Source: Thermoanaerobaculum aquaticum
GTDB taxonomy: Bacteria > Acidobacteriota > UBA4820
Length of the DNA stretch: 57,488 nucleotides
Reading direction: 5' to 3'
NCBI GenBank assembly: GCA_020722885.1
Contig: DYJZ01000002.1
Location: 1 to 57,488 of the forward strand
Numbering within the stretch: position 1 is the stretch's first letter; each line of letters starts with the position of its first letter. The notes under the pieces are model-generated. The model was not told the DNA's origin, searched no databases, and saw nothing but the letters and a program-made list of their open reading frames with translations. A program made the translations under genes and the position numbers. Shown here one piece after another: positions 36,170 to 47,676 of the stretch.

Positions 36170-36469
36170 CTACTTCTTGGCAGGCGGTGCAGCAGGAGCA
36201 GTTTCTTTTCTGGCACCTGTGTGACCTTTAAAAGTTCTTGTCGGTGCAAATTCGCCAAGTCTGTGCCCGACCATATTTTCTGTTATGAAGACCGGAACGA
36301 ATTTTCTTCCGTTGTGTACTGCTATTGTATGATTCAACATTTCTGGAACAATCATAGATCTTCTGCTCCAGGTCTTGATAACCTGCTTTTTCCCTTCCTC
36401 ATTCATCCTGGAAATTTTTTCCATTAGATGTGAATCAACAAAAGGGCCTTTTTTAAGTGACCTTGACAT
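36170..36469 (-). CDS. rpsS: 30S ribosomal protein S19
   Basis: [13 protein letters not shown]-terminus. Confidence 0.95.
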   Translation of the reverse strand: MSRSLKKGPFVDSHLMEKISRMNEEGKKQVIKTWSRRSMIVPEMLNHTIAVHNGRKFVPVFITENMVGHRLGEFAPTRTFKGHTGARKETAPAAPPAKK

Positions 36470-37290
36470 TACGCTCTCCTTTTAAGAATAAACCTTTGCG
36501 TTCTCTTGTTGTTTCTTGTCTTGTATCCCTTCGTGGGCTGTCCCCAGGGCGTTACCGGGTGCCTTCCGCCTTTAGTTTTTCCTTCTCCTCCACCGTGAGG
36601 ATGGTCAACTGGATTCATCGCTGTTCCTCTAACTTTTGGTCTTCTTCCCAAATGTCTTGTTCTGCCAGCCTTGCCCAGAACAATGTTTTTATGCTCAATG
36701 TTTCCAACCATACCCACTGTGGCATAGCACTCTATATTAATCTGCCTCATCTCTCCTGAGGGCATTCTTACAATGGCCAAATGTCCTTCTTTAGCCATAA
36801 GCTGAGCTGCTGTTCCCGCACTTCTCGCTATCTGTCCGCCCTTTCCAGAGGTCAGTTCTATGTTGTGAATCAATGTCCCAACTGGAATTCTCTTAAGGGG
36901 AAGGCAGTTCCCAACCTGAATATCAACATTCGGGCCTGAAACCACTGTGGAACCCACATTCAATCCGTCAGGAGCAAGGATGTATCTCTTTTCTCCATCA
37001 GCATAATTAAGAAGTGCAATTCGGCAGGTTCTATTGGGATCGTACTCTATTGCTGCCACTTTGGCAACTATTTCGTGTTTATCTCTTTTAAAATCTATTA
37101 CCCTGTAGTGTCTTTTATGTCCTCCACCCCTTCTCCGGACAGTTATGTGCCCGTCGTTGTTGCGGCAGGATATTCTCTTCTTGGGCTCTAAAAGAGATTT
37201 TTCAGGTTTTTTCTTGGTGATTTCCTCAAATGTTGAGTTTGTTATATACCTTCTTGACGGAGTGTACGGTTTGTATGTTTTTATAGCCAT
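36469..37290 (-). CDS. rplB: 50S ribosomal protein L2
   Basis: 273 aa, contains [18 protein letters not shown]. Confidence 0.95.
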   Translation of the reverse strand: MAIKTYKPYTPSRRYITNSTFEEITKKKPEKSLLEPKKRISCRNNDGHITVRRRGGGHKRHYRVIDFKRDKHEIVAKVAAIEYDPNRTCRIALLNYADGEKRYILAPDGLNVGSTVVSGPNVDIQVGNCLPLKRIPVGTLIHNIELTSGKGGQIARSAGTAAQLMAKEGHLAIVRMPSGEMRQINIECYATVGMVGNIEHKNIVLGKAGRTRHLGRRPKVRGTAMNPVDHPHGGGEGKTKGGRHPVTPWGQPTKGYKTRNNKRTQRFILKRRA

Positions 37291-37300
37291 AGTCTATACC

Positions 37301-37594
37301 TTAAAGTCCTTCAAAATATTCAACTGGTTTTTGTCCTTTTTTAAGCCTGACATAAGCCTTTTTGGTATCAGGCCTTTTCCCTTCATAACGGCCGAGCCTC
37401 TTCCTTTTTCCCATTTGATTTATCGTTCTAACTTCAGCAACTTTTGTTTTAAAAAGTTGTTCGACCGCTTTAGCAATTTCAATTTTGCCAGCATCCACAG
37501 AAACTTCAAAGGCAAGTGTGCCTGTTTTTTCTTTAGCAATTAGATTCTTTTCTGTAAGAAGAGGTCTGATAATAATTTTAGAAGGAGATTTCAT
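37301..37594 (-). CDS. rplW: 50S ribosomal protein L23
   Basis: Sequence and operon position. Confidence 0.93.
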   Translation of the reverse strand: MKSPSKIIIRPLLTEKNLIAKEKTGTLAFEVSVDAGKIEIAKAVEQLFKTKVAEVRTINQMGKRKRLGRYEGKRPDTKKAYVRLKKGQKPVEYFEGL

Positions 37595-38226
37595 GACTGT
37601 AAACCCTCCGAAAGTTTTGCGATGGCTTTCTCTGTAATGACCACTTTTCCGAATTTCGCAAGATTGTAAGGGTTTATTTCGTTGACGCCGACGATTTCTA
37701 CTCCTGGAACATTTCTGCTTGCAAGAATAAGATTCTTACTAACATTTTCGTCAACGAAAAGAGTGGTTTTTGAGTCTTCCATCAGCTTTCCGTAATTCTC
37801 TAAAAATGCTCTGGTTCTGGCAGTTTCCAAGCTCAAGTCATTTATTACAAGAAGACTGCCCCTTCTGATTCTTTCCGAAAGAATTGATTTTATGGCAAGT
37901 TTTTTCACCTTTTTGGGAATTGTGTAAGAATACTCTCTGGGTTTTGGACCAAAAACAATTCCTCCGTGGTACCAGAGAGGAGACCTGATTTCTCCCATTC
38001 TTGCCCTGCCTGTATGTTTTTGTTTCCATAGCTTTTTGCCTGAACCGCTGACCTCATCCCTTCTTTTTGTTGAATGAGTGCCGAGCCTCTGGTTGGCGAG
38101 ATAGCATTTTACGGCTTCATAAATCACATCAGGCCTGTATTCAGAACCAAACACCTCTTCCGGAAGGTCTATCTCTTTTTCTTTTGCCAAACTGTTATTC
38201 AATACTTCAAGTGTAGGCATGACCAT
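37591..38226 (-). CDS. rplD: 50S ribosomal protein L4
   Basis: Sequence and operon position. Confidence 0.95.
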   Translation of the reverse strand: MVMPTLEVLNNSLAKEKEIDLPEEVFGSEYRPDVIYEAVKCYLANQRLGTHSTKRRDEVSGSGKKLWKQKHTGRARMGEIRSPLWYHGGIVFGPKPREYSYTIPKKVKKLAIKSILSERIRRGSLLVINDLSLETARTRAFLENYGKLMEDSKTTLFVDENVSKNLILASRNVPGVEIVGVNEINPYNLAKFGKVVITEKAIAKLSEGLQS

Positions 38227-38232
38227 TTCTCC

Positions 38233-38856
38233 CTATTGTCCGGAAACTACTACAAGTCCGTTTCTCGGACCAGGCACTGCGCCTTTAACAAGCAACAGAC
38301 TGTTTTTCGTATCTATCCTGACAATTTTCAAATTTGTTACGGTAACTCTTTTTCCGCCCATTCTTCCACCCATTCTTGTTCCTTTAAAGACCCGTGAAGG
38401 GTACGAAGAGGCTCCAATAGAGCCAGGAGCGCGATGGAACATTGAGCCATGCGTTGCCGCACCGCCTCTAAAACCGTGCCTGAAGACAACGCCCTGAAAC
38501 CCTTTGCCTTTAGAAGTGCCAACAACATCCACTTTTTCAACACCTTCAAAGTTTTCGAGACTAATATGACTGCCGACGGTTAAAGTGGAAATTTCACCTC
38601 TAATTTCCCTTATAAAACTTGCAGACCCTGCACCAGAAGCTTTTAAATGTCCCATAAGGGGTTTATTAACCTTCTTCTTTTTTTCCGGCTCTATGAGTCC
38701 AATTTGAAGAGCATCATAGCCGTCCTTTTCTTTGGTTTTCTTTTGAAGAACAAGACACGGTCCGGCTTTGATAACAGTTACCGGAACAACTTCTCTTGTT
38801 TCGGGATCAAACACCTGACTGCATCCCATTTTTCGCCCCAGAATCCCGATTTTCAT
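38233..38856 (-). CDS. rplC: 50S ribosomal protein L3
   Basis: Sequence and operon position. Confidence 0.95.
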   Translation of the reverse strand: MKIGILGRKMGCSQVFDPETREVVPVTVIKAGPCLVLQKKTKEKDGYDALQIGLIEPEKKKKVNKPLMGHLKASGAGSASFIREIRGEISTLTVGSHISLENFEGVEKVDVVGTSKGKGFQGVVFRHGFRGGAATHGSMFHRAPGSIGASSYPSRVFKGTRMGGRMGGKRVTVTNLKIVRIDTKNSLLLVKGAVPGPRNGLVVVSGQ

Positions 38857-38935
38857 TTAAACCTCCTAAAGCATTGGTCGCCTGAAAGCGACATACTCGC
38901 AATATATTTAAAATAGGCAACTCTCATAAAACCAC

Positions 38936-39253
38936 CTATTTGTCAAAAGCCTTTATTTCAACATCAACACCAGGCGGTAAAGTCAACTTCTGCAAAGCAT
39001 CAACCGTCTGCGGGGTTGGGTCATAAATATCTAAAAGCCTTTTGTGGGTTCTTATTTCAAACTGCTCTCTTGACTTTTTGTCAACATGGGGAGAACGGTT
39101 TACAGTAAAAACAACCTTTTCTGTGGGAAGAGGAATAGGTCCTTTTACTCTTGCACCCGTTCTCTTCGCTGTGTCAACAATATCCTTTGTGGATTTGTCA
39201 AGAAGCCAATGATCGTAAGCCAAAAGGCGTATTCGGATTTTTTCGTTAAGCAT
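38936..39253 (-). CDS. rpsJ: 30S ribosomal protein S10
   Basis: [14 protein letters not shown] pattern. Lies 6 nt downstream of tuf. Confidence 0.95.
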   Translation of the reverse strand: MLNEKIRIRLLAYDHWLLDKSTKDIVDTAKRTGARVKGPIPLPTEKVVFTVNRSPHVDKKSREQFEIRTHKRLLDIYDPTPQTVDALQKLTLPPGVDVEIKAFDK

Positions 39254-39259
39254 TTGCTC

Positions 39260-40468
39260 CTACTCCAATATCTCCGTGATTGTTCCGGCGCCAACAGTTC
39301 TTCCGCCTTCACGGATAGCGAACCTGAGGCCTTTTTCAAGGGCGACCGGCTGGATAAGTGTTGCTGTTATTTCAGTGTTGTCTCCCGGCAGAACCATATC
39401 TCTTCCTTCCGGAAGTTCAACAGAGCCTGTGACATCGGTTGTTCTCATATAGAACTGCGGTCTGTATCCTTTAAAGAATGGGGTGTGCCTTCCCCCCTCT
39501 TCCTTTGTCAAAACATAAACTTCAGCCTTAAATTTTGTGTGAGGGGTTATTGTTCCGGGTTTTGCAACGACTTGACCGCGTTCAACTTCTTCTTTCTTTG
39601 TTCCTCTAAGTAGCAATCCTATATTGTCACCCGCCTGTCCCTGATCAAGAAGTTTTCTGAACATTTCGACACCAGTTATGACCGTTTTGAAAGTTGGCTT
39701 GAATCCGACAATTTCCATTTCTTCACCAACTTTGACTACTCCACGTTCAACTCTTCCTGTAACAACTGTTCCCCTGCCTGAGATTGAGAAAATATCCTCA
39801 ATGGGCATAAGAAATGGTTTGTCGATGTCTCTGACCGGTTCAGGAATGTATTTATCAAGAGCATCCATAAGTTCCTGAATGCATTTAGCGTCTTCATGGT
39901 CCGGGCTTGGAGCATTTAGCGCTTTCCAGGCAGAACCTCTGATTATTGGAATTTCATCTCCAGGGAACTGATATTTTTTGAGTAGGTCTCTAACTTCAAG
40001 TTCTACCAGATCCAAAATTTCCTTGTCATCAACTTTGTCACATTTGTTGAGGAAGACGATAATGTATGGAACCCCTACTTGTCTCGCTAGAAGGATGTGC
40101 TCTCTTGTCTGAGGCATAGGACCGTCTTCTGCGGAAACGACAAGAACTGCTCCGTCCATCTGTGCGGCGCCAGTGATCATGTTCTTTACATAGTCGGCGT
40201 GTCCCGGACAATCAACATGGGCGTAGTGCCTGTTTGCTGTCTGGTACTCAACATGGGAGGTGGCGATAGTCAAAATTTTTGTAGCGTCGCGTCTTCCATG
40301 CGCTTCTGAAGCTTTTGCAACTTCATCGTAGGAAACATACTTGCTCAATCCTTTTGCTTCCTGAACCTTTGTGATCGCCGCAGTTAAAGTGGTTTTCCCG
40401 TGGTCAACGTGACCAATTGTCCCCACATTCACATGGGGTTTACTACGAACAAACTTCTCCTTAGACAT
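39260..40468 (-). CDS. tuf: elongation factor Tu
   Basis: [18 protein letters not shown] and NKCD motifs. ATG 40468 follows AAGGAGG-5 nt. The tracked TTG 40486 is likely spurious. Confidence 0.97.
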   Translation of the reverse strand: MSKEKFVRSKPHVNVGTIGHVDHGKTTLTAAITKVQEAKGLSKYVSYDEVAKASEAHGRRDATKILTIATSHVEYQTANRHYAHVDCPGHADYVKNMITGAAQMDGAVLVVSAEDGPMPQTREHILLARQVGVPYIIVFLNKCDKVDDKEILDLVELEVRDLLKKYQFPGDEIPIIRGSAWKALNAPSPDHEDAKCIQELMDALDKYIPEPVRDIDKPFLMPIEDIFSISGRGTVVTGRVERGVVKVGEEMEIVGFKPTFKTVITGVEMFRKLLDQGQAGDNIGLLLRGTKKEEVERGQVVAKPGTITPHTKFKAEVYVLTKEEGGRHTPFFKGYRPQFYMRTTDVTGSVELPEGRDMVLPGDNTEITATLIQPVALEKGLRFAIREGGRTVGAGTITEILE

Positions 40469-40482
40469 ACTCGCCTCCTTGC

Positions 40483-42564
40483 TCAAATGCCCTGAATTCG
40501 GGCAACTATCAAATCTGTTACATTCTTTGGGGCTTGCTCATACCTGTCAAATTCCATGTTGTATGTTCCTCTACCCTGAGTTATAGAACGAAGTTCTGTT
40601 GCATAACCAAACATCTCTGAGAGCGGTACATAAGCATCAATAATCTGCAATTCCCCTCTTGTTTCAATATGGGTTATTTTTCCTCTTCTCGAGTTTAAAT
40701 TTCCAATAACATCACCCATATAATTCTCTGGAATGGTTACTTCTACTTTCATAATCGGTTCAAGCAAAACCGGATGCCCCTTCGAAGCAGCATCCTTAAA
40801 AGCCATCGAGGCAGCTATTTTAAAAGCCATTTCTGAAGAATCTACCTCATGATATGAACCGTCAACCAGCCTAATTTTTACATCTTTTACAGGGAAACCT
40901 GCCAGAGAACCAGTTTCAAGCGCCTCCTCGATACCTTTCTTGACTGCTGGAATATACTCCTTAGGTATAACTCCCTGAGTAATGGCATCTTCAAAAACAA
41001 AATCCTGACCTGAGGAAAGCGGCTCCACTTCAATTTTGACATGACCGTACTGCCCTTTTCCTCCTGTCTGCCTGATATATTTCCCTTCCCCGGTTGAGGG
41101 GGTAGTTAATGTTTCTTTGTAAGCGACCTGAGGTTTACCAACATTAGCAGAAACACCAAATTCTCTTGTAAGTCTATCAACAATAATCTCGAGATGAAGC
41201 TCCCCCATTCCCCTGATTAAAGTCTGGCCTGTTTCGTGGTCTATATGAACTCTAAATGTAGGGTCTTCTTTCATCAATTTTGCCAAAGCACCTGCAAGTT
41301 TATCCTGATCCGCTTTTGTTTTAGGCTCAATGGCAACAGAAATAACTGGATCAGGAAATTTCATTGATTCAAGAATGACAGGGTGATTTTTCTCACAAAG
41401 GGTCTCGCCGGTCGTAACATCTCTTAAGCCAACAACTGCGCCAATATCTCCAGCAAGAATTTCGCCAATTTCCTCTCTTTTGTTGGCATGCATTCTTAAA
41501 AGTCTACCAATTCTTTCGCTTCTTGATTTATTGGCATTATAAACACTTTTTCCAGTTTCAAGTTTTCCCGAATAGACTCTAACGAAAGCGAGCTGTCCAA
41601 CAAATGGATCTGTCATTATTTTAAAAACGAGTGCAACAAGCGGTTCCTCATCTTCTGGTTTGCATTCAACAACTTTCTCATCATTCGGATTTATTCCCTT
41701 TACAGGAGGTATATCAAGAGGCGAGGGAAGGAAATCTACAACTCCGTCAAGAAGCGGTTGAATGCCTTTGTTTTTGAAAGCCGCACCACAAAAAACTGGT
41801 GTGATTTTCATTGAAATTGTAAGTTTTCGCAAAGCCGCCTTTATCAGTTCTGGCTCAATCTGCTCTCCTGAAAGATATTTGCTCATAACTTCATCAGACT
41901 CTTCTGAGGCTGCTTCGATAAGAATTTCCCTGTAATGATTTGTTTTTTCTATTAAATCATCCTGGATCTCTTCTAACACATATTCTGCACCGAGAGTGTC
42001 GTCAAGCCACCTGATAGCCTTCATATTTACTAAATCTATGACTCCAGTAAAAGAGTCTTCTTTCCCGAGGGGAATGTTAAGCGGAACAGGTCTCGTCTTC
42101 AATCTATCCTTCATCATTGAGAGAACTCTGTCAAAGTCCGCTCCCTGTCTATCCATTTTGTTGACAAAAGCTATTCTCGGAACTTTATACCTGTCTGCCT
42201 GCCTCCACACAGTTTCTGACTGCGGTTCTACTCCACCTACAGCACAGAAAACCCCAACGGCTCCGTCAAGAACTCTCAAGGACCTTTCAACCTCAGCCGA
42301 AAAATCAATATGCCCTGGTGTGTCTATTATATTTATACTGCAATCTTTCCACCTGCAGGTTGTCGCTGCAGATGTTATGGTAATACCTCTCTCCTGCTCC
42401 TGGACCATCCAGTCCATTGTGGCTGTTCCATCATGAACTTCACCCATCTTATAGTTGACGCCGGTATAATAGAGTATTCTCTCCGTTGTCGTAGTTTTGC
42501 CTGCGTCAATGTGAGCCATAATGCCTATATTTCTTCTTCGTTCATAAGGAACTGTTCTTGCCAC
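40483..42564 (-). CDS. fusA: elongation factor G
   Basis: 693 aa. [17 protein letters not shown] and NKMD motifs. Confidence 0.97.
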   Translation of the reverse strand: MARTVPYERRRNIGIMAHIDAGKTTTTERILYYTGVNYKMGEVHDGTATMDWMVQEQERGITITSAATTCRWKDCSINIIDTPGHIDFSAEVERSLRVLDGAVGVFCAVGGVEPQSETVWRQADRYKVPRIAFVNKMDRQGADFDRVLSMMKDRLKTRPVPLNIPLGKEDSFTGVIDLVNMKAIRWLDDTLGAEYVLEEIQDDLIEKTNHYREILIEAASEESDEVMSKYLSGEQIEPELIKAALRKLTISMKITPVFCGAAFKNKGIQPLLDGVVDFLPSPLDIPPVKGINPNDEKVVECKPEDEEPLVALVFKIMTDPFVGQLAFVRVYSGKLETGKSVYNANKSRSERIGRLLRMHANKREEIGEILAGDIGAVVGLRDVTTGETLCEKNHPVILESMKFPDPVISVAIEPKTKADQDKLAGALAKLMKEDPTFRVHIDHETGQTLIRGMGELHLEIIVDRLTREFGVSANVGKPQVAYKETLTTPSTGEGKYIRQTGGKGQYGHVKIEVEPLSSGQDFVFEDAITQGVIPKEYIPAVKKGIEEALETGSLAGFPVKDVKIRLVDGSYHEVDSSEMAFKIAASMAFKDAASKGHPVLLEPIMKVEVTIPENYMGDVIGNLNSRRGKITHIETRGELQIIDAYVPLSEMFGYATELRSITQGRGTYNMEFDRYEQAPKNVTDLIVARIQGI

Positions 42565-42569
42565 TTACA

Positions 42570-43040
42570 CTACCACCTGTAATGCGCAAAAGCCTTGTTG
42601 GCTTCTGCCATTTTATGCGTATCATCTCTCTTTTTAATGGAATCACCTTTTCCGGCGTATGCATCAAGTAATTCAGCTGCCAGATTTTCCATCATGCTTT
42701 TCTCTTTCTTGTTTCTGGCATTTTCAATAATCCATCTGAGGGCAAGAGAAAGCTTCCTGTCAGGACGAACCTCTACCGGCACCTGATAAGTTGCTCCTCC
42801 CACTCTTCTGGATTTCACTTCTAAATTTGGTTTTACATTATCTATTGCTTTATTAAGAATTTTTATCGGGTCATCATTTGTTTTCTTTTTAATTATATCA
42901 AGGGCACCATAGACAATTTTTTCTGCAACTGCCTTTTTACCCTTCAAAAGTATTTTGTTAACTATAGTTGTTACCAAAGTTGAACCAAAAATTGGGTCCG
43001 GTTGAACCTCTCTTTTTGCAACATAAGATTTTCTTGGCAT
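42570..43040 (-). CDS. rpsG: 30S ribosomal protein S7
   Basis: Sequence and str-operon position. Confidence 0.95.
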   Translation of the reverse strand: MPRKSYVAKREVQPDPIFGSTLVTTIVNKILLKGKKAVAEKIVYGALDIIKKKTNDDPIKILNKAIDNVKPNLEVKSRRVGGATYQVPVEVRPDRKLSLALRWIIENARNKKEKSMMENLAAELLDAYAGKGDSIKKRDDTHKMAEANKAFAHYRW

Positions 43041-43097
43041 CTAACATACTCCTTTAATTCAAATTATCAAAGAGCAATCAACCCCAAAAGGGCTAAC

Positions 43098-43472
43098 TTA
43101 AGACTTAGGCCTTTTTGCTCCGTACTTTGACCTTCCCTGTTTTCTTCCATCAACTCCGGTTGTGTCAAGTTTACCTCTGATGATATGGTATCTCACTCCC
43201 GGAAGATCCTTTACCCTGCCCCCTCTGATTAAAACAACCGAATGCTCCTGGAGATTGTGCCCTATTCCAGGTATGTATGATGTCACCTCCATACCGTTTG
43301 TCAGACGAACACGAGCAACTTTCCTTAAGGCAGAATTGGGCTTTTTGGGGGTCGTTGTATAAACACGTGTGCATACTCCCCTTTTCTGCGGGTTGCCTTG
43401 AAGAGCGGGGCTTTTGGTCTTGTAGTTGACCTGCTCTCTAACCTTGCGGACTAACTGATTAATTGTTGGCAA
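43098..43472 (-). CDS. rpsL: 30S ribosomal protein S12
   Basis: TTG start at 43472 gives (M)PTINQLVRK and is preceded by GAAGGAGG. The upstream part of the tracked ORF covers the promoter. Confidence 0.95.
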   Translation of the reverse strand: MPTINQLVRKVREQVNYKTKSPALQGNPQKRGVCTRVYTTTPKKPNSALRKVARVRLTNGMEVTSYIPGIGHNLQEHSVVLIRGGRVKDLPGVRYHIIRGKLDTTGVDGRKQGRSKYGAKRPKS

Positions 43473-43523
43473 AACTCCTCCTTCAAAAATTAAAAAATTG
43501 CCTGTCTTACGACAAGCCTTATA

Positions 43524-43552
43524 ATAATATAACTTTTTTTTGCAATTGTCAA
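43524..43552 (-). promoter_or_regulatory. sigma-70-type promoter of the rpsL (str) operon
   Basis: Minus strand TTGACA-17 nt-TATTAT, about 45 nt upstream of the TTG start. Confidence 0.55.
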
Positions 43553-43577
43553 GTCTCTCTACAAGAAGTGTCATAAC

Positions 43578-43881
43578 TATATGATAATGTCCTTATTTAA
43601 ACTAATTAAAAATGTCCCCTAAAATGGAAGTGCGAAAGCCGTAAAAAGAATCAATAAGTCCTATAAGCCACCATTGACCACCCCTCAATATCTTTCCGTT
43701 TGGCTCCGGGAACAAAAGGTTAAGGAGTGGAAAATAAAGAAACAAGGCTAAAGAAATTGACGAACTGTGGAAAACTCTTGCATAGTTTCCCACAATTCCC
43801 ACAGCCTCTACTAACTAAACTTATAACAGGACATTTTTAGTTAGTTAATTTAGGGGACATTTCTAATAAATAGTCTTGACA
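43578..43881 (+). mobile_element. MITE-like repeat variant with 19-nt terminal inverted repeats
   Basis: ATTAAAAATGTCCCCTAAA (43605-43623) matches the reverse complement of 43849-43867 at 18 of 19 positions. Outer ends are homologous to the M2 left end (TATATGATAATGTCCTTA) and the M4 right end (CATTTCTAA..ATAGTCTTGACA). Confidence 0.65.
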
Positions 43882-43947
43882 AAGAGAATTTCCGGGCTTG
43901 AAATTTATTTACTAAAATAATACAATTCCCTTTTTTGGGAGGTAGAT

Positions 43948-45132
43948 ATGAACCATTATACTATCGTTACTATGCCAGGAGACGGCATAGGAAAAATCGT
44001 TCTTCCCGAAGCTGTAAAAGTACTTGAAAAAGCAGGACTTAAAGCAGATTATGTTAATGCAGATATTGGCTGGAATTTCTGGTGTAAAGAAGGAAATCCT
44101 CTTCCCGAAAGAACTATAGCCCTCATTGAAAAGTATAAAATTGGGCTTTTCGGTGCAATTACGAGCAAACCTAAAAAAGAGGCTGAAAAGGAATTAGACC
44201 CTCAACTGAAGGACAAAGGGTACACTTATTTCAGCCCGATAGTTTCAATGAGGCAGATGTTTAACCTTGACTTGTGTGTCAGACCTTGCAGGAGTTTCAA
44301 AGGAAATCCTTTGAACTTTGTCAAGAAAAATCCCGATGGTTCCCTTTTTGAGCCTGACATTGATGTGGTAATATTCAGACAGGGAACGGAAGGGTCCTAC
44401 TCGGGAGTCGAATGGACAAACCCACCGGTAGAGGTCCTGAACGCTTTTAAAACTCACCCAAAATTTAAGGCTTTTGTCAATGTTAAACCTGAAGATCTGG
44501 CAATTTCTTCAAGAATTGTCTCAAGAGAGGCAACAAGAAGGGTAATAAGGGAAGCATTTGAATACGCCAGAAAGTTTGGATATGAAAGCGTTACAGTTTC
44601 TGAAAAACCAAATGTCTTAAGAGAGACATCCGGAATGTTTGAAGAGGAAGCAAAAGAAATCAAAAAAGACTATCCGGAAATATCGCTCCGGTCAGTGAAT
44701 ATTGATGCAATAATGATGTGGCTCACAAAGAATCCTGAAGAGTACGGTGTTTTTGTCTGCGAAAACCTTTTCGGAGACATTCTTTCTGATGGTTTTGCTG
44801 GTCTTGTAGGTGGTCTCGGATTCGCCTGCTCAGGAAATATTGGGAAAAATTACGCTGTTTTTGAGCCTACACACGGTTCCGCCCCAAAATATGAAAAACT
44901 CGACCCTCCAATAGTAAATCCAATAGCCACGATTTTATCCGCGGCTATGCTTTGCGACCACATTGGAGAAAAAGAGATAGGAAACAAAATTATAGAAGCC
45001 GTTGCTAAGGTTATAAGCGAAGGGAAAGTAAGAACTTATGATATGCTAAGAATTCCTGGAGGCCCAAAATCAATTCAGATGGGAGCATCCTCAACATATG
45101 AAATGACAGGTGCTATTTTGAAAAAATTGTAA
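43948..45132 (+). CDS. isocitrate/isopropylmalate dehydrogenase family protein
   Basis: 394 aa with GDGIG near the N-terminus and an NLFGDILSD motif. Substrate is not assignable from the sequence. Confidence 0.8.
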   Translation: MNHYTIVTMPGDGIGKIVLPEAVKVLEKAGLKADYVNADIGWNFWCKEGNPLPERTIALIEKYKIGLFGAITSKPKKEAEKELDPQLKDKGYTYFSPIVSMRQMFNLDLCVRPCRSFKGNPLNFVKKNPDGSLFEPDIDVVIFRQGTEGSYSGVEWTNPPVEVLNAFKTHPKFKAFVNVKPEDLAISSRIVSREATRRVIREAFEYARKFGYESVTVSEKPNVLRETSGMFEEEAKEIKKDYPEISLRSVNIDAIMMWLTKNPEEYGVFVCENLFGDILSDGFAGLVGGLGFACSGNIGKNYAVFEPTHGSAPKYEKLDPPIVNPIATILSAAMLCDHIGEKEIGNKIIEAVAKVISEGKVRTYDMLRIPGGPKSIQMGASSTYEMTGAILKKL

Positions 45133-45187
45133 CCTCATTTATAATATTGCCTAATCCATTAGGTGTTGGATCATCGAGGAGGTGAAG

Positions 45188-46312
45188 ATGATAATCGGCG
45201 TTCCCAAAGAATGCAGTATGAAAAATGTTTGTGAGGAAGAGCGGGTCTCCCTTGTGCCTCCAGGTGTAAGAGAACTGGTTGAAGCTGGCTCTGAGGTTCT
45301 TGTCGAATCAGGAGCCGGTATGAACGCAGGCTTTCCCGACGAACTTTATGAAAAAGTTGGGGCAAAAATTATTTACTCAAGAGAAGAAATATTTGGAAGA
45401 AGCGATGCTATTGTAAAAGTCTCAAGACCGACACCCCAGGAAACCGATGTTATGCAAAATAAAGCTATGTTGCTTGCTTTCCTTCATCTTGCAGTCAGCG
45501 GTGAAAGTTACATTCAGCGGCTTGTTCGAAAAGAAATAACAGCAATAGGATATGAAACAATACAGGATAAAGATGGGTGTCTTCCAATTCTGAAGACCTC
45601 TTCAGAAATTGCTGCAAAAATGGCTCCACAGATTGCTGGCAAACTCCTTGAAACAACCTCAGGTGGATTGGGAATTCTTCTTGGAGGGGCTCCCGGGATC
45701 CCCCCCGCCGATGTTGTAATTATAGGAGGAGGAACTCTGGGGTATCACGCAGCAAGGGCTTTTTTGGGCTTGGGTTGTTCCGTTTATGTTCTTGATATCT
45801 CTCAAAAAGCACTTGAAAAAATCGATCAGGGACTTATGGGAAAGGTTACAACAGCTTTTGCAACAAAGGAAAATATTGAGAAATATGTCTCCTTCGCAGA
45901 AGTCTTAATAGGGGCAGTTTTGGTCCCCGGACAGGTTGCACCAATTGTGGTTACAAAAGAAATGGTTCAAAAAATGCGTAAGGGAACGGTTATCATAGAC
46001 TTTTCTTTTGACCAGGGTGGCTGCATAGAAACAACGAGGCTCCAGGGGCCATCAGGAGGAATTTTTGTGAGGGAGGGAGTTTTGCATTTTGCAGTCCCTA
46101 ACTGTCCTTCTTATGTTGCAAGAACATCCAGTTATGCTCTCACAAACTCTCTTCTTCCATATCTCCTTTCAATCCAGGAAAAAGGGATAAAAAGGGCTAT
46201 GAGGGAATGGAAAGACCTGCAGAGAGGATGCTATCTTTATGAAGGCAAAAATGTGAGCAGTTATCTGACTGAAAAACCCTTTGACCTTGAAAAACTCTTG
46301 GGGGAGGAATAA
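45188..46312 (+). CDS. ald: alanine dehydrogenase / PNT-family dehydrogenase
   Basis: MIIGVPKE...RVSLVPPGVRELVEAGSEVLVESGAG and an NAD motif IIGGGTLG. ATG 45188 lies 6 nt after GGAGG. Confidence 0.7.
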   Translation: MIIGVPKECSMKNVCEEERVSLVPPGVRELVEAGSEVLVESGAGMNAGFPDELYEKVGAKIIYSREEIFGRSDAIVKVSRPTPQETDVMQNKAMLLAFLHLAVSGESYIQRLVRKEITAIGYETIQDKDGCLPILKTSSEIAAKMAPQIAGKLLETTSGGLGILLGGAPGIPPADVVIIGGGTLGYHAARAFLGLGCSVYVLDISQKALEKIDQGLMGKVTTAFATKENIEKYVSFAEVLIGAVLVPGQVAPIVVTKEMVQKMRKGTVIIDFSFDQGGCIETTRLQGPSGGIFVREGVLHFAVPNCPSYVARTSSYALTNSLLPYLLSIQEKGIKRAMREWKDLQRGCYLYEGKNVSSYLTEKPFDLEKLLGEE

Positions 46313-47608
46313 ATGTCGTGGAGAGAAGATTACAAAAACAAGTTAAGGTCTGCAGAGGAAGCGGTTCAAGCGGTTATGTCAGGTGACAATGTCTATCTCG
46401 GAGGCAACGCAGCAGTTCCAGTTGCAATAATGAAAGCCCTATCTCAGCGAGCAAACGAGCTAACAAATGTCACTTTAAACCATGTGCTTCTTTTTGGGGA
46501 AGACCCCTTTTCAAGAGAAGGAATGGAAAAAGCTTTTAAACACAATTCTTTTTTTGTTGGAGAAAGCGACAGAGAGTCCGTCAATGACGGAAGGTCTTCC
46601 TATGTTCCCATTCACCTCCATATGATACCGACATCAATAAGAAGTGGTGTTACAAAAGTTGCTGTTGCAATTGTTCAATGTTCTCCTCCCGATGATCATG
46701 GCTTTATGAGTCTTGGGCTTGAAGTTCTTGCAAACAAAGCTGCTGTTGAAGTTGCAAAAACGGTTATCATTCAGGTCAATAAACAGATGCCAAGAGTTTT
46801 AGGAGATACTTTCATACATGTTTCAAAAGCAACTTATATAGTAGAAACAGATGAACCACTTATTGAACTTTCGCTTAAACCTCCAACTGAAGTTGAAAGA
46901 AGAATAGGCTCTTTCATTGCAAATATGATACCGGATGGTGCCACACTTCAACTCGGGATCGGGGGAATTCCCGATGCTATTCTTTCATTTCTAAGAGGCA
47001 AAAAAGATCTGGGAATTCACACTGAAATGATTTCCGATGGGATTATGAAAGCCCTTGAAAATGGAATAATTACCGGGGTAAAAAAGACTCTACATCCAGG
47101 TAAGGTTGTGGGAACATTTATACTCGGCTCGAAATCACTATATGAAATGGCTAACGATAACCTGCTTCTTGAACTTCACCCTGTTGACTACACCAATGAC
47201 CCTTTTGTTATAGCAAAAAATGACAATATGGTTTCTGTCAATTGCGCAATTGAAATTGATCTTACAGGACAGGTTTGCTCAGATTCTATAGGAACATATA
47301 TTTACAGTGGTTTTGGTGGCCAGCTTGATTTTATACGAGGGGCTGCTGCAAGCAGGGGAGGAAAACCAATCATCGCTCTTCCATCAACGGCAAAAAATGA
47401 TTCAGTTTCAAGAATAGTTCCAAAACTGAAGGAAGGTTCAGGAGTTGTCACGACAAGGGCTGATGTTCACTATGTAGTTACTGAATACGGTGTTGCTGAA
47501 CTATGCGGAAAAAATTTGCAGCAAAGGGCAAAGGCTTTGATAAAAATAGCCCATCCAAACTTCCGTGAACTTTTAGAGAAAGAGGCTAAAGCAAGACATC
47601 TTATTTAG
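46313..47608 (+). CDS. acetyl-CoA hydrolase/transferase family protein (4-hydroxybutyrate CoA-transferase-like)
   Basis: 431 aa. LQLGIGGIPDA, EIDLTGQV and GFGGQLDF motifs. Confidence 0.8.
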   Translation: MSWREDYKNKLRSAEEAVQAVMSGDNVYLGGNAAVPVAIMKALSQRANELTNVTLNHVLLFGEDPFSREGMEKAFKHNSFFVGESDRESVNDGRSSYVPIHLHMIPTSIRSGVTKVAVAIVQCSPPDDHGFMSLGLEVLANKAAVEVAKTVIIQVNKQMPRVLGDTFIHVSKATYIVETDEPLIELSLKPPTEVERRIGSFIANMIPDGATLQLGIGGIPDAILSFLRGKKDLGIHTEMISDGIMKALENGIITGVKKTLHPGKVVGTFILGSKSLYEMANDNLLLELHPVDYTNDPFVIAKNDNMVSVNCAIEIDLTGQVCSDSIGTYIYSGFGGQLDFIRGAAASRGGKPIIALPSTAKNDSVSRIVPKLKEGSGVVTTRADVHYVVTEYGVAELCGKNLQQRAKALIKIAHPNFRELLEKEAKARHLI

Positions 47609-47676
47609 CACTAACCATTTCTTTTAATTGGGCTTAGGAATTAAGATACCAGAAACCAAAATTGTTTAAATACCAA

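Noticed and set aside
39086-39613. 175-aa antisense ORF across rpsJ/tuf, plus many similar antisense ORFs (for example 41996-42436, 37145-37543, 32137-32535)
   Set aside because: They sit opposite highly conserved ribosomal and elongation-factor genes and have biased low-complexity composition. They are typical shadow ORFs.
43602-43802. 66-aa ORF (-) inside the TIR-bounded element; similar cases at 19421-19630 and 57218-57433
   Set aside because: All lie within repeat sequence. They are low-complexity, have no RBS, and their frame is not maintained among copies.
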